A DNA stretch of 64,000 nucleotides from an uncultured Acidimicrobiales bacterium (GTDB lineage Bacteria > Actinomycetota > Acidimicrobiia > Acidimicrobiales > DATKAS01). The notes beneath the pieces were generated by a model. That model did not search any database, had not been told where the DNA came from, and was given only the letters and a program-made list of their open reading frames with translations. Of the stretch, positions 48,807 through 59,270 are shown one piece after another (position 1 is the first letter of the stretch; the number at the start of each line of letters is the position of its first letter). The stretch is from assembly GCA_963726695.1 (NCBI GenBank), contig CAVSDE010000007.1, positions 32,466 to 96,465 on the forward strand. The letters are read 5' to 3'. The translations under genes and the position numbers were made by a program.

Positions 48807-48872
48807 GTGATGCTCCTTGCGCGTGGGTAGACGAAACGTCACATACCCGTTCGCGACGGGAGCGAGACACGA

Positions 48873-49073
48873 TCAGAGGCGAGACATCCTGTTCGGTCGG
48901 TTGCGACGCGCGGCGATGAATTGCTGCCGTCGCCGTCGCATGCTCACGAGCATGCACCCGCGCAGCACCGTCATCGCAAGGATGATGGCGCCGATGAGCG
49001 CCGCGCCGCGCGCGATCAGCACGACACCGAGGAGGCCTCCGAGCGCCAGAAGACCGACGCGCATCCAGATCAT
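48873..49073 (-). CDS. possible small two-helix membrane protein
   Basis: MIWMRVGLLALGGLLGVVLIARGAALIGAIILAMTVLRGCMLVSMRRRRQQFIAARRNRPNRMSRL. I placed the start at the internal ATG so it does not overlap the ClC gene. Confidence 0.3.
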   Translation of the reverse strand: MIWMRVGLLALGGLLGVVLIARGAALIGAIILAMTVLRGCMLVSMRRRRQQFIAARRNRPNRMSRL

Positions 49074-49120
49074 TCGCACCCTCACATCGTGGACGGCGGA
49101 TGTGAGGGATCCGTGAAGGA

Positions 49121-50851
49121 TCAAGACGCCTTGCGGCCCCATGGCAGCCAGCCGAGCTCTGTCTGGTCGTGCTCCTGCTCGCGGATCCGGGCCCGGAGGA
49201 TGTCAGTCCGGGTGCACATCCCGACCAGTGCGTCACCGTCGCAGACGGGGAGGTGATCGACTCCCTCCTCGGCCATCCGGGTGAGCGCTGTGTGGAGCGT
49301 CTCCCCTGGGGCGGCAGTCGTGACATCCGTCGTAGCGAGGTCGAGCGCCGAGCGCGCTCCATCGGGGAGCTCCAGCAGGTCGTTGCTGTCCACGATGCCC
49401 ACGAGTTGTCCGTCTCGATCGATCACCGGGTACGCGCCGTGGCGATGAGCGCGGAACACCTCGGCGACGCGGCTCGGCGACGCCTCTGAGCGGAGCGTCA
49501 CCACGTCGCGAGTCATCACGTCCGCGACGGTCGTGGTGCGCAGCGGATCGACGTGGAAGCCAGCAGGAACTGCAACACCTCGACGGGAGAGCTTCTCGGT
49601 CATGATGCTGTTCTCGAGGAGTGTCCGCCCGACGAGGTCGGCGAGCACCGCGGCGAGCATCAGCGGAAGCATCGCGTTGTAGTCACGCGTGAGCTCGAAG
49701 ACGAAGACAATGGCCGCGAACGGAGCGCGGGCCGCGGCACCGAACGTTGCTGCCATCGCGACGAGTGCGAATGCCGACGGGGAGATGCCGATGCCCGGGA
49801 ACGCACGAACGAGCAGCTCGCCGGTGAACGCGCCGAAGGTGCTGCTGATGATGAGGATCGGGGCGAGGGTGCCGCCGGACGTACCCGAGCCGAGCGCGAT
49901 CCACCAGATGATGAGCTTGCCGATGCACAGCGCGGCGAGGGTGCCCAGCGCGAGCCGACCCGCGAGCGTGTCGTCGATGACGTCGTAGCCGACCCCCAGA
50001 GCTCGCGGCACGAGCAACCCGAGCGACGCCCACACGAACGCGCCCACGATCGGATGCCACGCGACCCCGAACGGGAGGCGCCTGAACACGCCCTCGACCG
50101 CGAACAAGCCACGAGTGATGAGCACTGCCAGCAGGCCGCACGCGAGACCGAGCACGCCGAACAGCGGGAGCTGCCCGAGGCCACTGAAGCTGTGCGGCGG
50201 CACTGAGAAGAGCGGCCCGTCGCCGAGCAGCAGTGCATGGACGCCGCCGGCGATGCTGGTCGCGACCACGAGCGGGATGAACGCGCGAGGTGAGAACTCG
50301 AACAGCAGGAGCTCGATGGCGAGCACGACCGCCGCGAGCGGCGTACCGAACGTCGCGGCCATGCCCGCCGCCGCCCCGCACGCGAGCAAGATCTTGCGCT
50401 CACTGGCGGACACGTGGATCACCTGGCCCACCAGTGAGCCGATCGCCCCGCCGGTGACGATGATCGGACCCTCGGCGCCGAACGGGCCACCGGTGCCGAT
50501 GGCGATGGCTGCCGACAGGGGCTTCGTGACGGCAGTGCGAGGGGCGACCTTGCTGCGCCGTGTGAGCACCGCCTCCATCGCCTCGGGGATGCCGTGGCCG
50601 CGGATGATCGGCGACCATCGGGCGAGCAACGTCACGACTGCGCCGCCCGCCATCGCGGTCAGAACGACGATCGGCCCGATGTCGAGCGTCGCGTAATTCG
50701 GGAGCGTCGTACCCCACTGGTGGAAGAGCAGCACGTTCGTGAGGATCGCGATCAGACGGATCAGCACCCACGCCACTCCGCCGGCGACGAGGCCGATGCC
50801 GACGGCGACGCCGCACAACATGAGCAACCGGCGAGGCGGATGACTCGTCAT
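49121..50851 (-). CDS. ClC-family chloride/proton channel-transporter with C-terminal CBS pair
   Basis: ClC motifs: GHGIPE, GTGGPFGAEGPI, GTSGGTLAPIL. About 10 TM helices. The CBS region is VADVMTRDVVTLRSE...YPVIDRDGQLVGIV...HLPVCDGDALVGMCTRTDIL. The start is MTSHPPRR at 50851. Confidence 0.85.
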   Translation of the reverse strand: MTSHPPRRLLMLCGVAVGIGLVAGGVAWVLIRLIAILTNVLLFHQWGTTLPNYATLDIGPIVVLTAMAGGAVVTLLARWSPIIRGHGIPEAMEAVLTRRSKVAPRTAVTKPLSAAIAIGTGGPFGAEGPIIVTGGAIGSLVGQVIHVSASERKILLACGAAAGMAATFGTPLAAVVLAIELLLFEFSPRAFIPLVVATSIAGGVHALLLGDGPLFSVPPHSFSGLGQLPLFGVLGLACGLLAVLITRGLFAVEGVFRRLPFGVAWHPIVGAFVWASLGLLVPRALGVGYDVIDDTLAGRLALGTLAALCIGKLIIWWIALGSGTSGGTLAPILIISSTFGAFTGELLVRAFPGIGISPSAFALVAMAATFGAAARAPFAAIVFVFELTRDYNAMLPLMLAAVLADLVGRTLLENSIMTEKLSRRGVAVPAGFHVDPLRTTTVADVMTRDVVTLRSEASPSRVAEVFRAHRHGAYPVIDRDGQLVGIVDSNDLLELPDGARSALDLATTDVTTAAPGETLHTALTRMAEEGVDHLPVCDGDALVGMCTRTDILRARIREQEHDQTELGWLPWGRKAS

Positions 50852-50864
50852 ACTTCGCGAATAT

Positions 50865-50877
50865 ATCGTGCTACGAT
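50865..50877. promoter_or_regulatory. inverted repeat in the 32-bp ClC/MarR divergent intergenic region (candidate MarR operator)
   Basis: atcgt-gct-acgat lies within the AT-rich cgcgaatatatcgtgctacgatgtacaa. Confidence 0.3.
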
Positions 50878-50883
50878 GTACAA

Positions 50884-51309
50884 GTGCCGGCAGTGACGCT
50901 CGAAGATGCCGACTACGGCGAGCTCCTTGCCTTCCGCACTTCGCTCCGCCGCTTCCTCCACTGGAGCGACGAGCAAGCCCGCCTCGCCGGCCTGACGGCG
51001 CAGCAGCACCAGCTGCTCCTCGCCATCCGCGGGCATGAGGGCGAGGCGCCGACGGTCGGGGAAGTCGCAGAGTCGTTGCTCCTGCGCCACCACAGCACGG
51101 TCGAGCTCGTCGATCGGGCGGCGCAGGCAGGGCTCGTCCATCGCTCCGCCGACGAGGACGACCGACGAGTCGTCCGGCTGTCATTGACCGCGAAGGGTCA
51201 GCGCGTGCTGCATCGGCTGTCGGCCGCTCACCTCGACGAGCTACGGCGCTTGGCTCCGACCGTCGCTCGCCTGACGAGAGGACTCGACGAGCAAGCGTCT
51301 GATCGGTGA
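50884..51309 (+). CDS. MarR-family transcriptional regulator
   Basis: LTAQQHQLLLAIRGHEGEAPTVGEVAESLLLRHHSTVELVDRAAQAGLVHRSADEDDRRVVRLSLTAKG. Confidence 0.8.
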   Translation: MPAVTLEDADYGELLAFRTSLRRFLHWSDEQARLAGLTAQQHQLLLAIRGHEGEAPTVGEVAESLLLRHHSTVELVDRAAQAGLVHRSADEDDRRVVRLSLTAKGQRVLHRLSAAHLDELRRLAPTVARLTRGLDEQASDR

Positions 51310-51313
51310 AGGG

Positions 51314-51871
51314 ATGCAACGATGGGCGGCGATGGTACGGACGCGCACCGACGAGCTGCTCCTCGGCGAATGGGCCTGCCTCGCGCTGCTCACCCAAAGC
51401 CCTGCCCACGGCTACGACGTCGCCAGCCGCCTGGCTCCCACCGGTGACATCGGCCGCGTCTGGTCGCTGAGTCGCCCGCTGACCTACCGCGTGCTCGACC
51501 AGCTCGCTGTGCGCGGCTTCATCCGACCGGTCGCAGAGGAGCGTGGGAAAGCAGGAGGAAATCGGACGATCCTCGCCCCCACCGCGCAGGGCAAGCGGCT
51601 CGTCCGTCGCTGGCTCGAGCAGCCGGTCCCCCACTTCAGAGAGGTCCGCGACGAGCTGTTGCTGAAGCTGGTGCTGTGCAGGCTGCTCGGCGTCGACGAG
51701 GGCACGCTCCTCGCGGCACAACGGGCACGGTTCGCGCCGATGGTCGAGGCACTCGCGTCCTCAGGCAGTGGTCGAAGTGCGGTCGCCGATCCCGTCGCAG
51801 TGTGGCGCTACGAGTCGTCGCGGTCGGCGCTCCGGTTCATCGATCGCATGATCGCCGCTCACACGGGGTAG
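51314..51871 (+). CDS. PadR-family transcriptional regulator
   Basis: [18 protein letters not shown]...[23 protein letters not shown]...[13 protein letters not shown]. Confidence 0.75.
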   Translation: MQRWAAMVRTRTDELLLGEWACLALLTQSPAHGYDVASRLAPTGDIGRVWSLSRPLTYRVLDQLAVRGFIRPVAEERGKAGGNRTILAPTAQGKRLVRRWLEQPVPHFREVRDELLLKLVLCRLLGVDEGTLLAAQRARFAPMVEALASSGSGRSAVADPVAVWRYESSRSALRFIDRMIAAHTG

Positions 51872-52913
51872 AGCGTCACCTCGGTCGCCTTGACCGTGGC
51901 CCACACTCGCGTCCCGGGCCGGAGGCTGAGCTCGGCCATCGCTCCGGGCGTGACCTCCGCGACCAAGGGGACTTCGCCGCTGAGGCTGACCCGCACTCGA
52001 TCGGCGAGTGCGTCGACCTCTGTGACCATCACGGGCCACACGTTGCGCGGGCTCCCCTCTGGCTGCGTCGGGTACAAGGCCACAGAGCGCGGGCGCGATG
52101 ACTGCGAACGCGGCTCCGTCGACCGGGTCGGCAGCAACGACGAGCCCTCCAGTCGTCGTCGCCAACGTTCCGGCGGTCGCGGTGCCACGAAGGAGGTTCA
52201 CACCCACGAGATCGGCGATGTAGCGACTCCGCGGCCGCGCGGTCACGTCGCTCAGTGAGCCTGACTGCACGACCTGGCCGGCCTCGAGGATGACCACACG
52301 GTCCGCGAGCGTGTACGCATCGACGGGGTCGTGCGTCACGAGCAGCCGGACGCCGTCGAAGGTCGCGAGGTGCCGCCGAAGGTCACGGCGCATCTCGGAA
52401 CGCGTACCGGCATCAAGCGCCGCCAAGGGCTCGTCGAGCAGGAGAAGCCTCGGCTCGGTGGCAAGCGCACGAGCGAGTGCGACTCTCTGTGCTTGGCCTC
52501 CCGACAGCGCGCTGAGGGCGGTGCGCGGCGTGATCAGCAAGGCCGATGCGATCGAGCCAGCCATCCGCTCGAGCACGAGCCTCGGCCTTCGGGATGCCGC
52601 GCGCTCGGAGGCCGAACGCGATGTTCTCCCGAGCGCTGAGGCTCGGGAAGAGGAGGTAGTCCTGGAACACGACTGCAACAGGTCGGCGCTCGGGCGGCAC
52701 GTAGATGCCGCGGGCAGTGTCGTCGAGCCGCTCGCCGTCGAGCTCGATCACCCCATCGTCGATCGCCAACAGGCCTGCGAGGCACCGGAACGTGGTCGTC
52801 TTGCCCGACCCATTGGGTCCGAGGATCGCGATGGTCTCTGCTCCGCCCGTGGACACGGTGAAGTCGAGCTGGAGCGCTCCCACCCGGCGGCGAAATCGCG
52901 CGTCGAGACTCAT
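51859..52913 (-). CDS. modC: molybdate ABC transporter ATP-binding protein with C-terminal TOBE domain; frameshifts near 52530 and 52090
   Basis: Walker A: GPNGSGKTT. Signature: [15 protein letters not shown]. Walker B: [12 protein letters not shown]: [42 protein letters not shown]. The pieces lie in three frames. Confidence 0.75.
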
Positions 52914-53759
52914 GGATTCGGCGCCTGGCCACTCCCCAAGAAGCGATCTCGCAACGCCACGAGCACGCCGAACGAGACCGCGATGAGCACGAAGCTCAGC
53001 ACGATCGCTTCGTCGGGGTTCGTCTCGTTGGCGATGTAGATGGCGAGCGGCATCGTCTGCGTGCGGCCCGGAAAGTTTCCCGCGAAGGTGATGGTCGCAC
53101 CGAACTCCCCGAGCGCCCGCGCCCAGGCGAGCACTGCCCCGGCGATCAGCCCGGGACGGATTGCGGGGAGGGTCACCCTTCGGAAGACGTACCACCGCGA
53201 CGCCCCAAGCGTGCGGGCTGCATCCTCGAACCGGGTGTCGGCCTGCCGGAACGCCGCCTCGACAGTGATCACGAGGAAGGGCATCGCTACGAAGGTCTGA
53301 GCGACGATCACACCGGCAGTGGTGAACGGCAACGTGATCCCGAACCACCTGTCGAGATATTGGCCGACGAGACCACGACGGCCGAGCGCGTAGAAGAGCG
53401 CGACACCGGCGACGACCGGAGGCAAGACCATGGACAGCGTGCAGAGTGCGCGCACCGCGCTCCGCCCGGGGAAGACGCTCCGGGCGAGCAGCCACGCGAG
53501 CGGCACTCCAAACAGCACCGCGAACGCGGTGGCCCAGAACGAGCACCAAAGCGAGAGGCGCAACGCTGTGAGCGAGCTCTCCGACGTGAGGATCGCCCAT
53601 GCGTCGCCCCAAGGGACCTTCCACAACAAGCCGATGAATGGCAGCGACGAAGAAGGCGATCGCAGCGAACGCCAGGATGAGGACCGGGACAGGCAGACGC
53701 TCCTGCCCCACCCGACGACGGGCGGCGACCGGCTCTTCGACCGGCGCCGATGCGCTCAC
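52910..53759 (-). CDS. modB: molybdate ABC transporter permease; frameshift near 53648
   Basis: EAA-type loop: FEDAARTLGASRWYVFRRVTLPAIRPGL. Further motif: LGEFGATITFAGNFPGRTQTMPL. The N-terminal 35 aa are in the frame of ORF 52413..53759. There are 4-nt overlaps with modA and modC. Confidence 0.8.
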
Positions 53760-54595
53760 GGCGCCATGAAGCCGTAGTCGGCGAGGATCTTCTGCCCGTC
53801 AGGGCCGAGCACGAAGTCGATGAAAGCCTGGTCAACCTCGGCGTTCGTCGACGCCTTCACGGTCGCGATCGGGTACTTCGCCACGACGTTGATGTCCGAG
53901 GGAATGGCGACGAGCTCTGCACTGTCGCCGGCCGCCTTCACGTCCGTGACGTACACGATGCCCGCGTCCGCCTCTCCCGCTGTGACCTTGGTGACGACAC
54001 CCTTCACATTCTGCTCTTGGCTCACTGGCGTCACCGTGATGCCCGCCGACTCGAACATCTGCGCTGCGTACTTCCCGCATGGCACCTCGGGTGCGCAAAC
54101 GACGACCTTGACATCGGGGTTGGCGAGGTCCGCCACGCTCGTGATGCCCGCCGGGTTGCCCTTCGGCACGATGATCCCGAGGAGGTTCGTGGCGAAGAGA
54201 ACCGGGGCAGTGCCGTTGAGCTGCGCGTTGGTCAGCTTGTCCATGTTGGCCGTGTCCGCGGACGCGAAGACGTCGGCCGGGGCGCCCTGAGTGATCTGCT
54301 GCACGAGCGCCGAGGAAGCATCGAAGCTGAAGGTCACCTTCGCGTCGGGGTTCGCCGTTGTGAACGCATCCCCGATCTCGTTGAAGGCGCCGGTGAGCGA
54401 CGCTGCCGCGAAGACAGTGATGTCGCCCTCGACACCCGGCGAAGTGGTTGCTGCGGAGCTGGACGACGACGCAGCCGTGGTGGGTGATGAGGCCGTGGTC
54501 GCGGCTGCGGACGATCCGCTGTCGTCGCCGCACGCTGCGAGCACGAAGCCGAACAGGGCGAGGAGAACCAGCACGAAGGAACGGGAGCCTCGCAT
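53756..54595 (-). CDS. modA: molybdate ABC transporter substrate-binding lipoprotein
   Basis: Lipobox: LAACGDD. ModA motifs: ITVFAAASLTGAFNEIGDAF, VFASADTANMDKL, GEADAGIVYVTDV. Confidence 0.85.
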   Translation of the reverse strand: MRGSRSFVLVLLALFGFVLAACGDDSGSSAAATTASSPTTAASSSSSAATTSPGVEGDITVFAAASLTGAFNEIGDAFTTANPDAKVTFSFDASSALVQQITQGAPADVFASADTANMDKLTNAQLNGTAPVLFATNLLGIIVPKGNPAGITSVADLANPDVKVVVCAPEVPCGKYAAQMFESAGITVTPVSQEQNVKGVVTKVTAGEADAGIVYVTDVKAAGDSAELVAIPSDINVVAKYPIATVKASTNAEVDQAFIDFVLGPDGQKILADYGFMAP

Positions 54596-54616
54596 TCCCG
54601 GACCTTACCTCGCTCT

Positions 54617-54633
54617 TAGTCAGCAGATGACTA
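54617..54633. promoter_or_regulatory. inverted repeat upstream of modA (candidate operator/promoter region)
   Basis: tagtca-gcaga-tgacta lies 22-38 nt upstream of the modA ATG, in a locally AT-richer 130-nt spacer. A second short repeat (cgttg-gt-caacg on the given strand) is adjacent at 54635-54646. Confidence 0.3.
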
Positions 54634-54725
54634 TCGTTGGTCAACGGATGACGAAAGGGTGCGCAATGCGGCTTAGTGCTCGGAACCAGGGCCCGCTGTC
54701 CAGACGACGTGCTTAGACGACTGGC

Positions 54726-56715
54726 TCAGACCAGGAGGACCTCGACGCGGGGCGTGAACACCGGCGCGCCGCCGACGTCTGCGAGGTCCTGTCCGGTGAG
54801 GACGTTCGCGCCCCGACCCCCGGCGAAGGCCGAGTGCCACCAGTTCGACAGCAGCACGAGCGTGCCTTGCAGCACGTCGTCTCCGACCTCGGCTTCGATG
54901 GCGATCTCGCCGTGCTCGTTGCGCAGACGCACCGTCGCGCCGTCGGCGATGCCGAGCCGCGCCGCGTCGGCAGGTGCCATCCGCACTCGGGGGCTTCCCG
55001 CCATGTACGCGAGGCGCCCGTGGTTGACGAACGTCGAGTTGAGGAAGTGGTGCGACTTCGGGGTGAGCAGCGTGAACCTCCCGTCGTCGGGCTGAGGGTC
55101 ACGGCCATCGGGCACCGGCAGCCGATCTCCGCTGAGCTTGATCTTCGACCGGCCTCGCTCGGGCATCGCGAGCTTCGCCCACCCCTGCTCGTGCAGCTGC
55201 TCCACGACGTCGTCCGGGTAGGCGGCGAGATACGTGGCGAGCAGCGCCTCGTCGTCCTCGGCGAGCGCCTTGTCGGCGAACCGCTCGTCCGCGTCAGCCA
55301 TGACCGCCGCGAGCATCCGGAAGATCTCGGTGTTCGGCCGGCTCTGACCTCGGGGGGCGATCGCCGGACGGTTCAGCGTCAGGTAGTAGTGGCCCCACGA
55401 CCAGAGCACATCGAGATGCTCGAGCTGGGTGGTCGCCGGGAGCACCACGTCCGCGTAGCTCACGGTCTCGGTCGCGAACTGCTCGAGCGCGACCGTGAAG
55501 AGATCCTCGCGGCTCAGCCCGGCGCGAATCGCGTTCGTGTCCGGAGCGACCACGACCGGGTTGCCGTTGTAGACGAGAAGGCCGGTGAGGGGAGGCTGCC
55601 CGTCGAGCGTGCCTGCGAGCGCCCGGCCGAGCTGCACCATGTTGATGCTTCGCTCGGGTCGCCCTGCTCGAAGCTCGGGCTTTGCCATCTTGGCCTCGGG
55701 ATGTGCGAACGCTCCGGCCGAGTGCACGAGCACTCCCCCACCTCGGTGGCGCCACGCGCCGGTGACCGCGGGCAGCATGACGGCCGCTCGCACTCCCTGG
55801 CCCGCGTCGACGTGACGCTGCGCGCCCGGCCCCACTTTCAGGAACGTGGGGCCTTCGGCCAGCAGTCGGGCGAACTGGTCGATGTCGTCCTCGCGCAGGC
55901 CTGTCGCGACAGCGGCGCGCGACAGCGGCCATTCGGCGGCGCGGGCGCGGAGCTCCTCGGCTCCGGTGGTGTGCTCAGCCAGGAACGACTCGTCGGCGAG
56001 GCCTTCCGCGAAGAGCACGTGCATCGCGCCGAGCGCCAATGCGGCGTCGCTTCCGGGCCGGAGCGCGAGGTGGATGTCTGCAGCACGGGCCGTCTTCGTG
56101 CGCACAGGATCGACGCACACGATCGTGGCGCCCCGCTTGCGGGCGTCGAGGAAGAACTTCCACAGGTGCAGATGAGTGGAGAACATGTTCGCTCCCCACG
56201 CCACGACGGAACGCGTGTGCACGGCGTCCTCGATGTCCGCCGCGGGCCACCCTCCGTAGGTCATGCCCCACGCGGTCGCTCCGGCGGCAAAGCAGATCGT
56301 CCCTTGCAGGCTCGCGGCGCCGCAGCGCGTTGCAGAAGCGCGCGTCCATCGACGGTCCGCCCTGCAGCGCACCTTGGGTGCCCATGTAGCTCCACGGCAG
56401 CACGCTCGTGCCGCCGCCCCTCTCGACAGCTGACAGCAGACCATCACGGACCCGGCCGAGCGCTTCGTCCCACGTCGCCTCCCGAAACGACGCGGTGCCC
56501 TTCGCTCCGGTGCGCACCAGGGGGGTGAGCAACCGATCCGGGTGATAGGTGCGCTCCTCGTACTTCTGCACCTTCACGCAGAGGTGGCCGGCGGTGATCG
56601 GATGAGCGGGATCGCCGTGCACGCCGGTGACCACGCCGTCGTCGACGGTCGCGATCCAGGCGCAGGTATCAGGGCAGTCGTGCGGACAGGCCCCCCGCAC
56701 CTCGATCCGGCTCAT
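54726..56715 (-). CDS. molybdopterin (bis-MGD) oxidoreductase catalytic subunit with N-terminal 4Fe-4S motif; frameshift near 56327
   Basis: The N-terminus CPHDCPDTCAWIATV...HPITAGHLCVKV is a 4Fe-4S Mo/W bis-MGD type motif. The body (ICFAAGATAWGMTYG, VVAWGANMFSTHLH, ATIVCVDPVRTKTA) and a C-terminal beta-barrel (RVRMAPADAARLGIADGATVRLRNEHGEIAIEAEV) follow. Confidence 0.8.
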
Positions 56716-56803
56716 CTCGACCCCTTCCCGATACCGCGATCATGGCAGTTCCCGAGGTGCGCATGACGCTCCCGGTACTGTCCGCCGCGTGCGTCGGCTG
56801 GGG

Positions 56804-59205
56804 ATGAGCCCGGGAGCTCTCAGTGGCATTCGACTGTTCGCCGCGCCGGTCGACGAGCCGCGTGCACGTCGAGCGAGCGATGCCATCCAGCTCGTCGTGT
56901 CGCTCTTCTTCCTCGCGGTCCTCGCAATCCTCGCGATCCCGCCGACGACAATCGAGCGGGCGCTCATCACGTTCATCGGGAGCTTCCCCGACTTCCTCGA
57001 CGCGATCTGGCAAGCGCTGTCCGACGTGCTGGTCGTCGCCGCGATCCTGGTCGTCGTCGCGTCCGCGGTGCGGCGCCGCACCGCGTTGGTTCGCGACCTG
57101 CTGCTCGCCGCCCTCGTCGCGTTCGCGATCGCCGTCGTCGTGGGCCGCATCGTCGAGGGCGACTGGCTGCCGGCCTGGAGCACCCTCCACCGCGGTCGAG
57201 CCCCCGCCGTGGTTCCCCGCGCTGCGTCTGGCCACGATCGCCTCGGTGTTGTTGACCGCGCGCCCGCACTTGAGTCGACCCGCGCGGCGACTCGGCGTGT
57301 GGCTCGTGGGTCTGGCCGCTGTCTCTGCTGCACTCCTTCAGGCCGCGACGCCGAGCGGTGCGCTCGCCTCCGTCCTCGTCGCGGCGATCAGCGCGGCGAT
57401 CGTGCACCTCGTCTTCGGCTCGTGCGAGGGCAACCCGGGCCTCGCCGAGGTCTCAGCCGCGCTCGGGCAGCTCGGGATCGATGCTCACTCGCTCGGGGCG
57501 GCCGATCGGCAGCAGACCGGTCTCTTCGTCGTGAAGGGTGAGGATGCCGACGGCCCCCTGCTCGTGAAGGTGTACGGACGAGACGCACACGACACGCAGC
57601 TGCTCGCCACGCTCTGGCACACCGTCTGGTATCGAGAGCCCGGGTCACCGCTCTGGGTCGGCCGCCGCCAGCAGGTCGCGAACGAGGGCTTCGTCACGCT
57701 GCTCGCCGCGCAGGCCGGCGTGATGACGCAGGACGTCGTGACCGCGGGCGTCACGACCAACGACGACGCGCTCCTCGTGCTCCGGCCGGTTGGCACGCTG
57801 TGGTCAGAGCTCGGTGACGACGTCGATCACGCGGAGATCGTCGAGAAGGTGTGGGAGGCGACGAACCGGCTGCACGACGTCGGCATCACCCACGGACAGC
57901 TCGACGCCGAGCATGTTGCGGTCATCGCGGGAGATGGCGACGACTCGAACAGCCTGGAGATCGCCGTCGTCGACTTCCGTGGCACGATCGTCGCGCCCAA
58001 CCCCGACCGACTCCACGGCGACAACGCCCAAGCTCTGGTGGCCAGCGCGCAAGCGATCGGCTCGGCGGCGGCGCTGCGCGCTGCTCGCGACGCGCTGGGC
58101 GACGAGGGCACGATCGCGCTGCTGCCGTTCCTCCAGCTCCCGGTGCTCAGTCCTGGGCAACGCCGCGCGGTGCGCCGGCACGAGATCGACCTCGACGAGC
58201 TGCGCGACGCGGCATCTGCCGAGCTCGGAGTCGACCCCCCCGAGCTGCAGCAGCTGCGGCGAGTCAGCAGGGGCTCCGTGCTCCAGGCGGTGCTGCTCGT
58301 CATCGCGTTCTTCGCCCTCTTCCGTGTGGTCAGTGGCATCGACCTCGACGAGCTGCGTGAGTCGCTCGCCGACACGACCTGGTGGCTCGTCGCGATCGGC
58401 TTCGTGGTCGCGCAAACGCCCCGGTTCACCCAAGCGCTCTCGACTCTCGGGGCGTCGCCGATACCGCTTCCGCTCGGTCCCGTCTATGCGCTTCAGCTCG
58501 CGGCCTCCTACGTCAACCTCGCGATCCCGTCCAGCGCGGCACGCATCGCGGTCAACGTGCGGTTCTTCCAACGCCATGGTCTTCCAACGGGCACCGCGCT
58601 CGCGGTCGGCGGCCTCGATGGGGTCAGCGGGTTCGTCGTGCAGGCGCTCTTGCTCTCGTCGTTGCTGCTGTTCACGCCCGCGTCCCTCGACGTGAACTTC
58701 CACGACGCGCTGTCGGGGGGCGCCGGCCGACTGCTGCTCACGATCGTCGGAGCCGCATTGGCCGCGATCAGCGCTCACCCTCATCGTGCCGAAGTGGCGG
58801 CGAGCGGCGATCAGTCGAGTCAAGGCCCTCGCCGCCGAGGCGTTGAGCGCGCTCCGAGGGATGCGGTCACCGCGCCGGCTCGGCCTGCTGTTCGGCGGCA
58901 ACCTCGCGACCGAGGTGCTGTTCGCCTTCTCGCTCGGCATCTTCGTGCGAGCGTTCGGCTACTCGATCGGTCTCGGCGACCTCATCCTCATCAACGTGAG
59001 CGTTGCCCTCCTCGCCGGTCTGCTGCCCGTGCCCGGCGGGATCGGCGTCACCGAGGGTGGGCTCATCTACGGCCTCGTCACCGCCGGCATGCCCGAGACC
59101 ACTGCCTTCGCCGCCGTGATCCTCTACCGCATCGCGTCGTTCTACGTGCCCCCGATCTGGGGGTTCTTCGCCTTCCGCTGGCTCGAGAAGAACAAGCACC
59201 TCTAG
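56804..59205 (+). CDS. polytopic membrane protein: N-terminal TM bundle, cytoplasmic RIO/Kdo-like kinase-fold domain (catalytic Asp apparently replaced), C-terminal LPG-synthase-TM/flippase-like domain; frameshifts near 57200 and 58770
   Basis: Kinase-like: LLVKVYGRD...LHDVGITHGQLDAEHVAV...VVDFRG. Flippase-like C-terminus: LGDLILINVSVALLAGLLPVPGGIGVTEGGLIYGLV...AVILYRIASFYVPPIWGFFAF. The pieces are in ORFs 56627..57541, 56823..59351 and 58786..59205. Confidence 0.6.
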
Positions 59206-59270
59206 CCGAAATTCTTGGTGTTTCTCACTCTCGGCGATCGAGAACCACCAAGAGATCCAGCGAGGGCCGG

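Noticed and set aside
54596-54725. A Moco (molybdenum cofactor) riboswitch upstream of modA.
   Set aside because: I looked for the conserved CCGAG/GCCUG/AAAGGA-type elements on the minus strand. I found only a loose UUCCGAGC and no convincing paired architecture. This needs a covariance-model scan, so I do not claim it.
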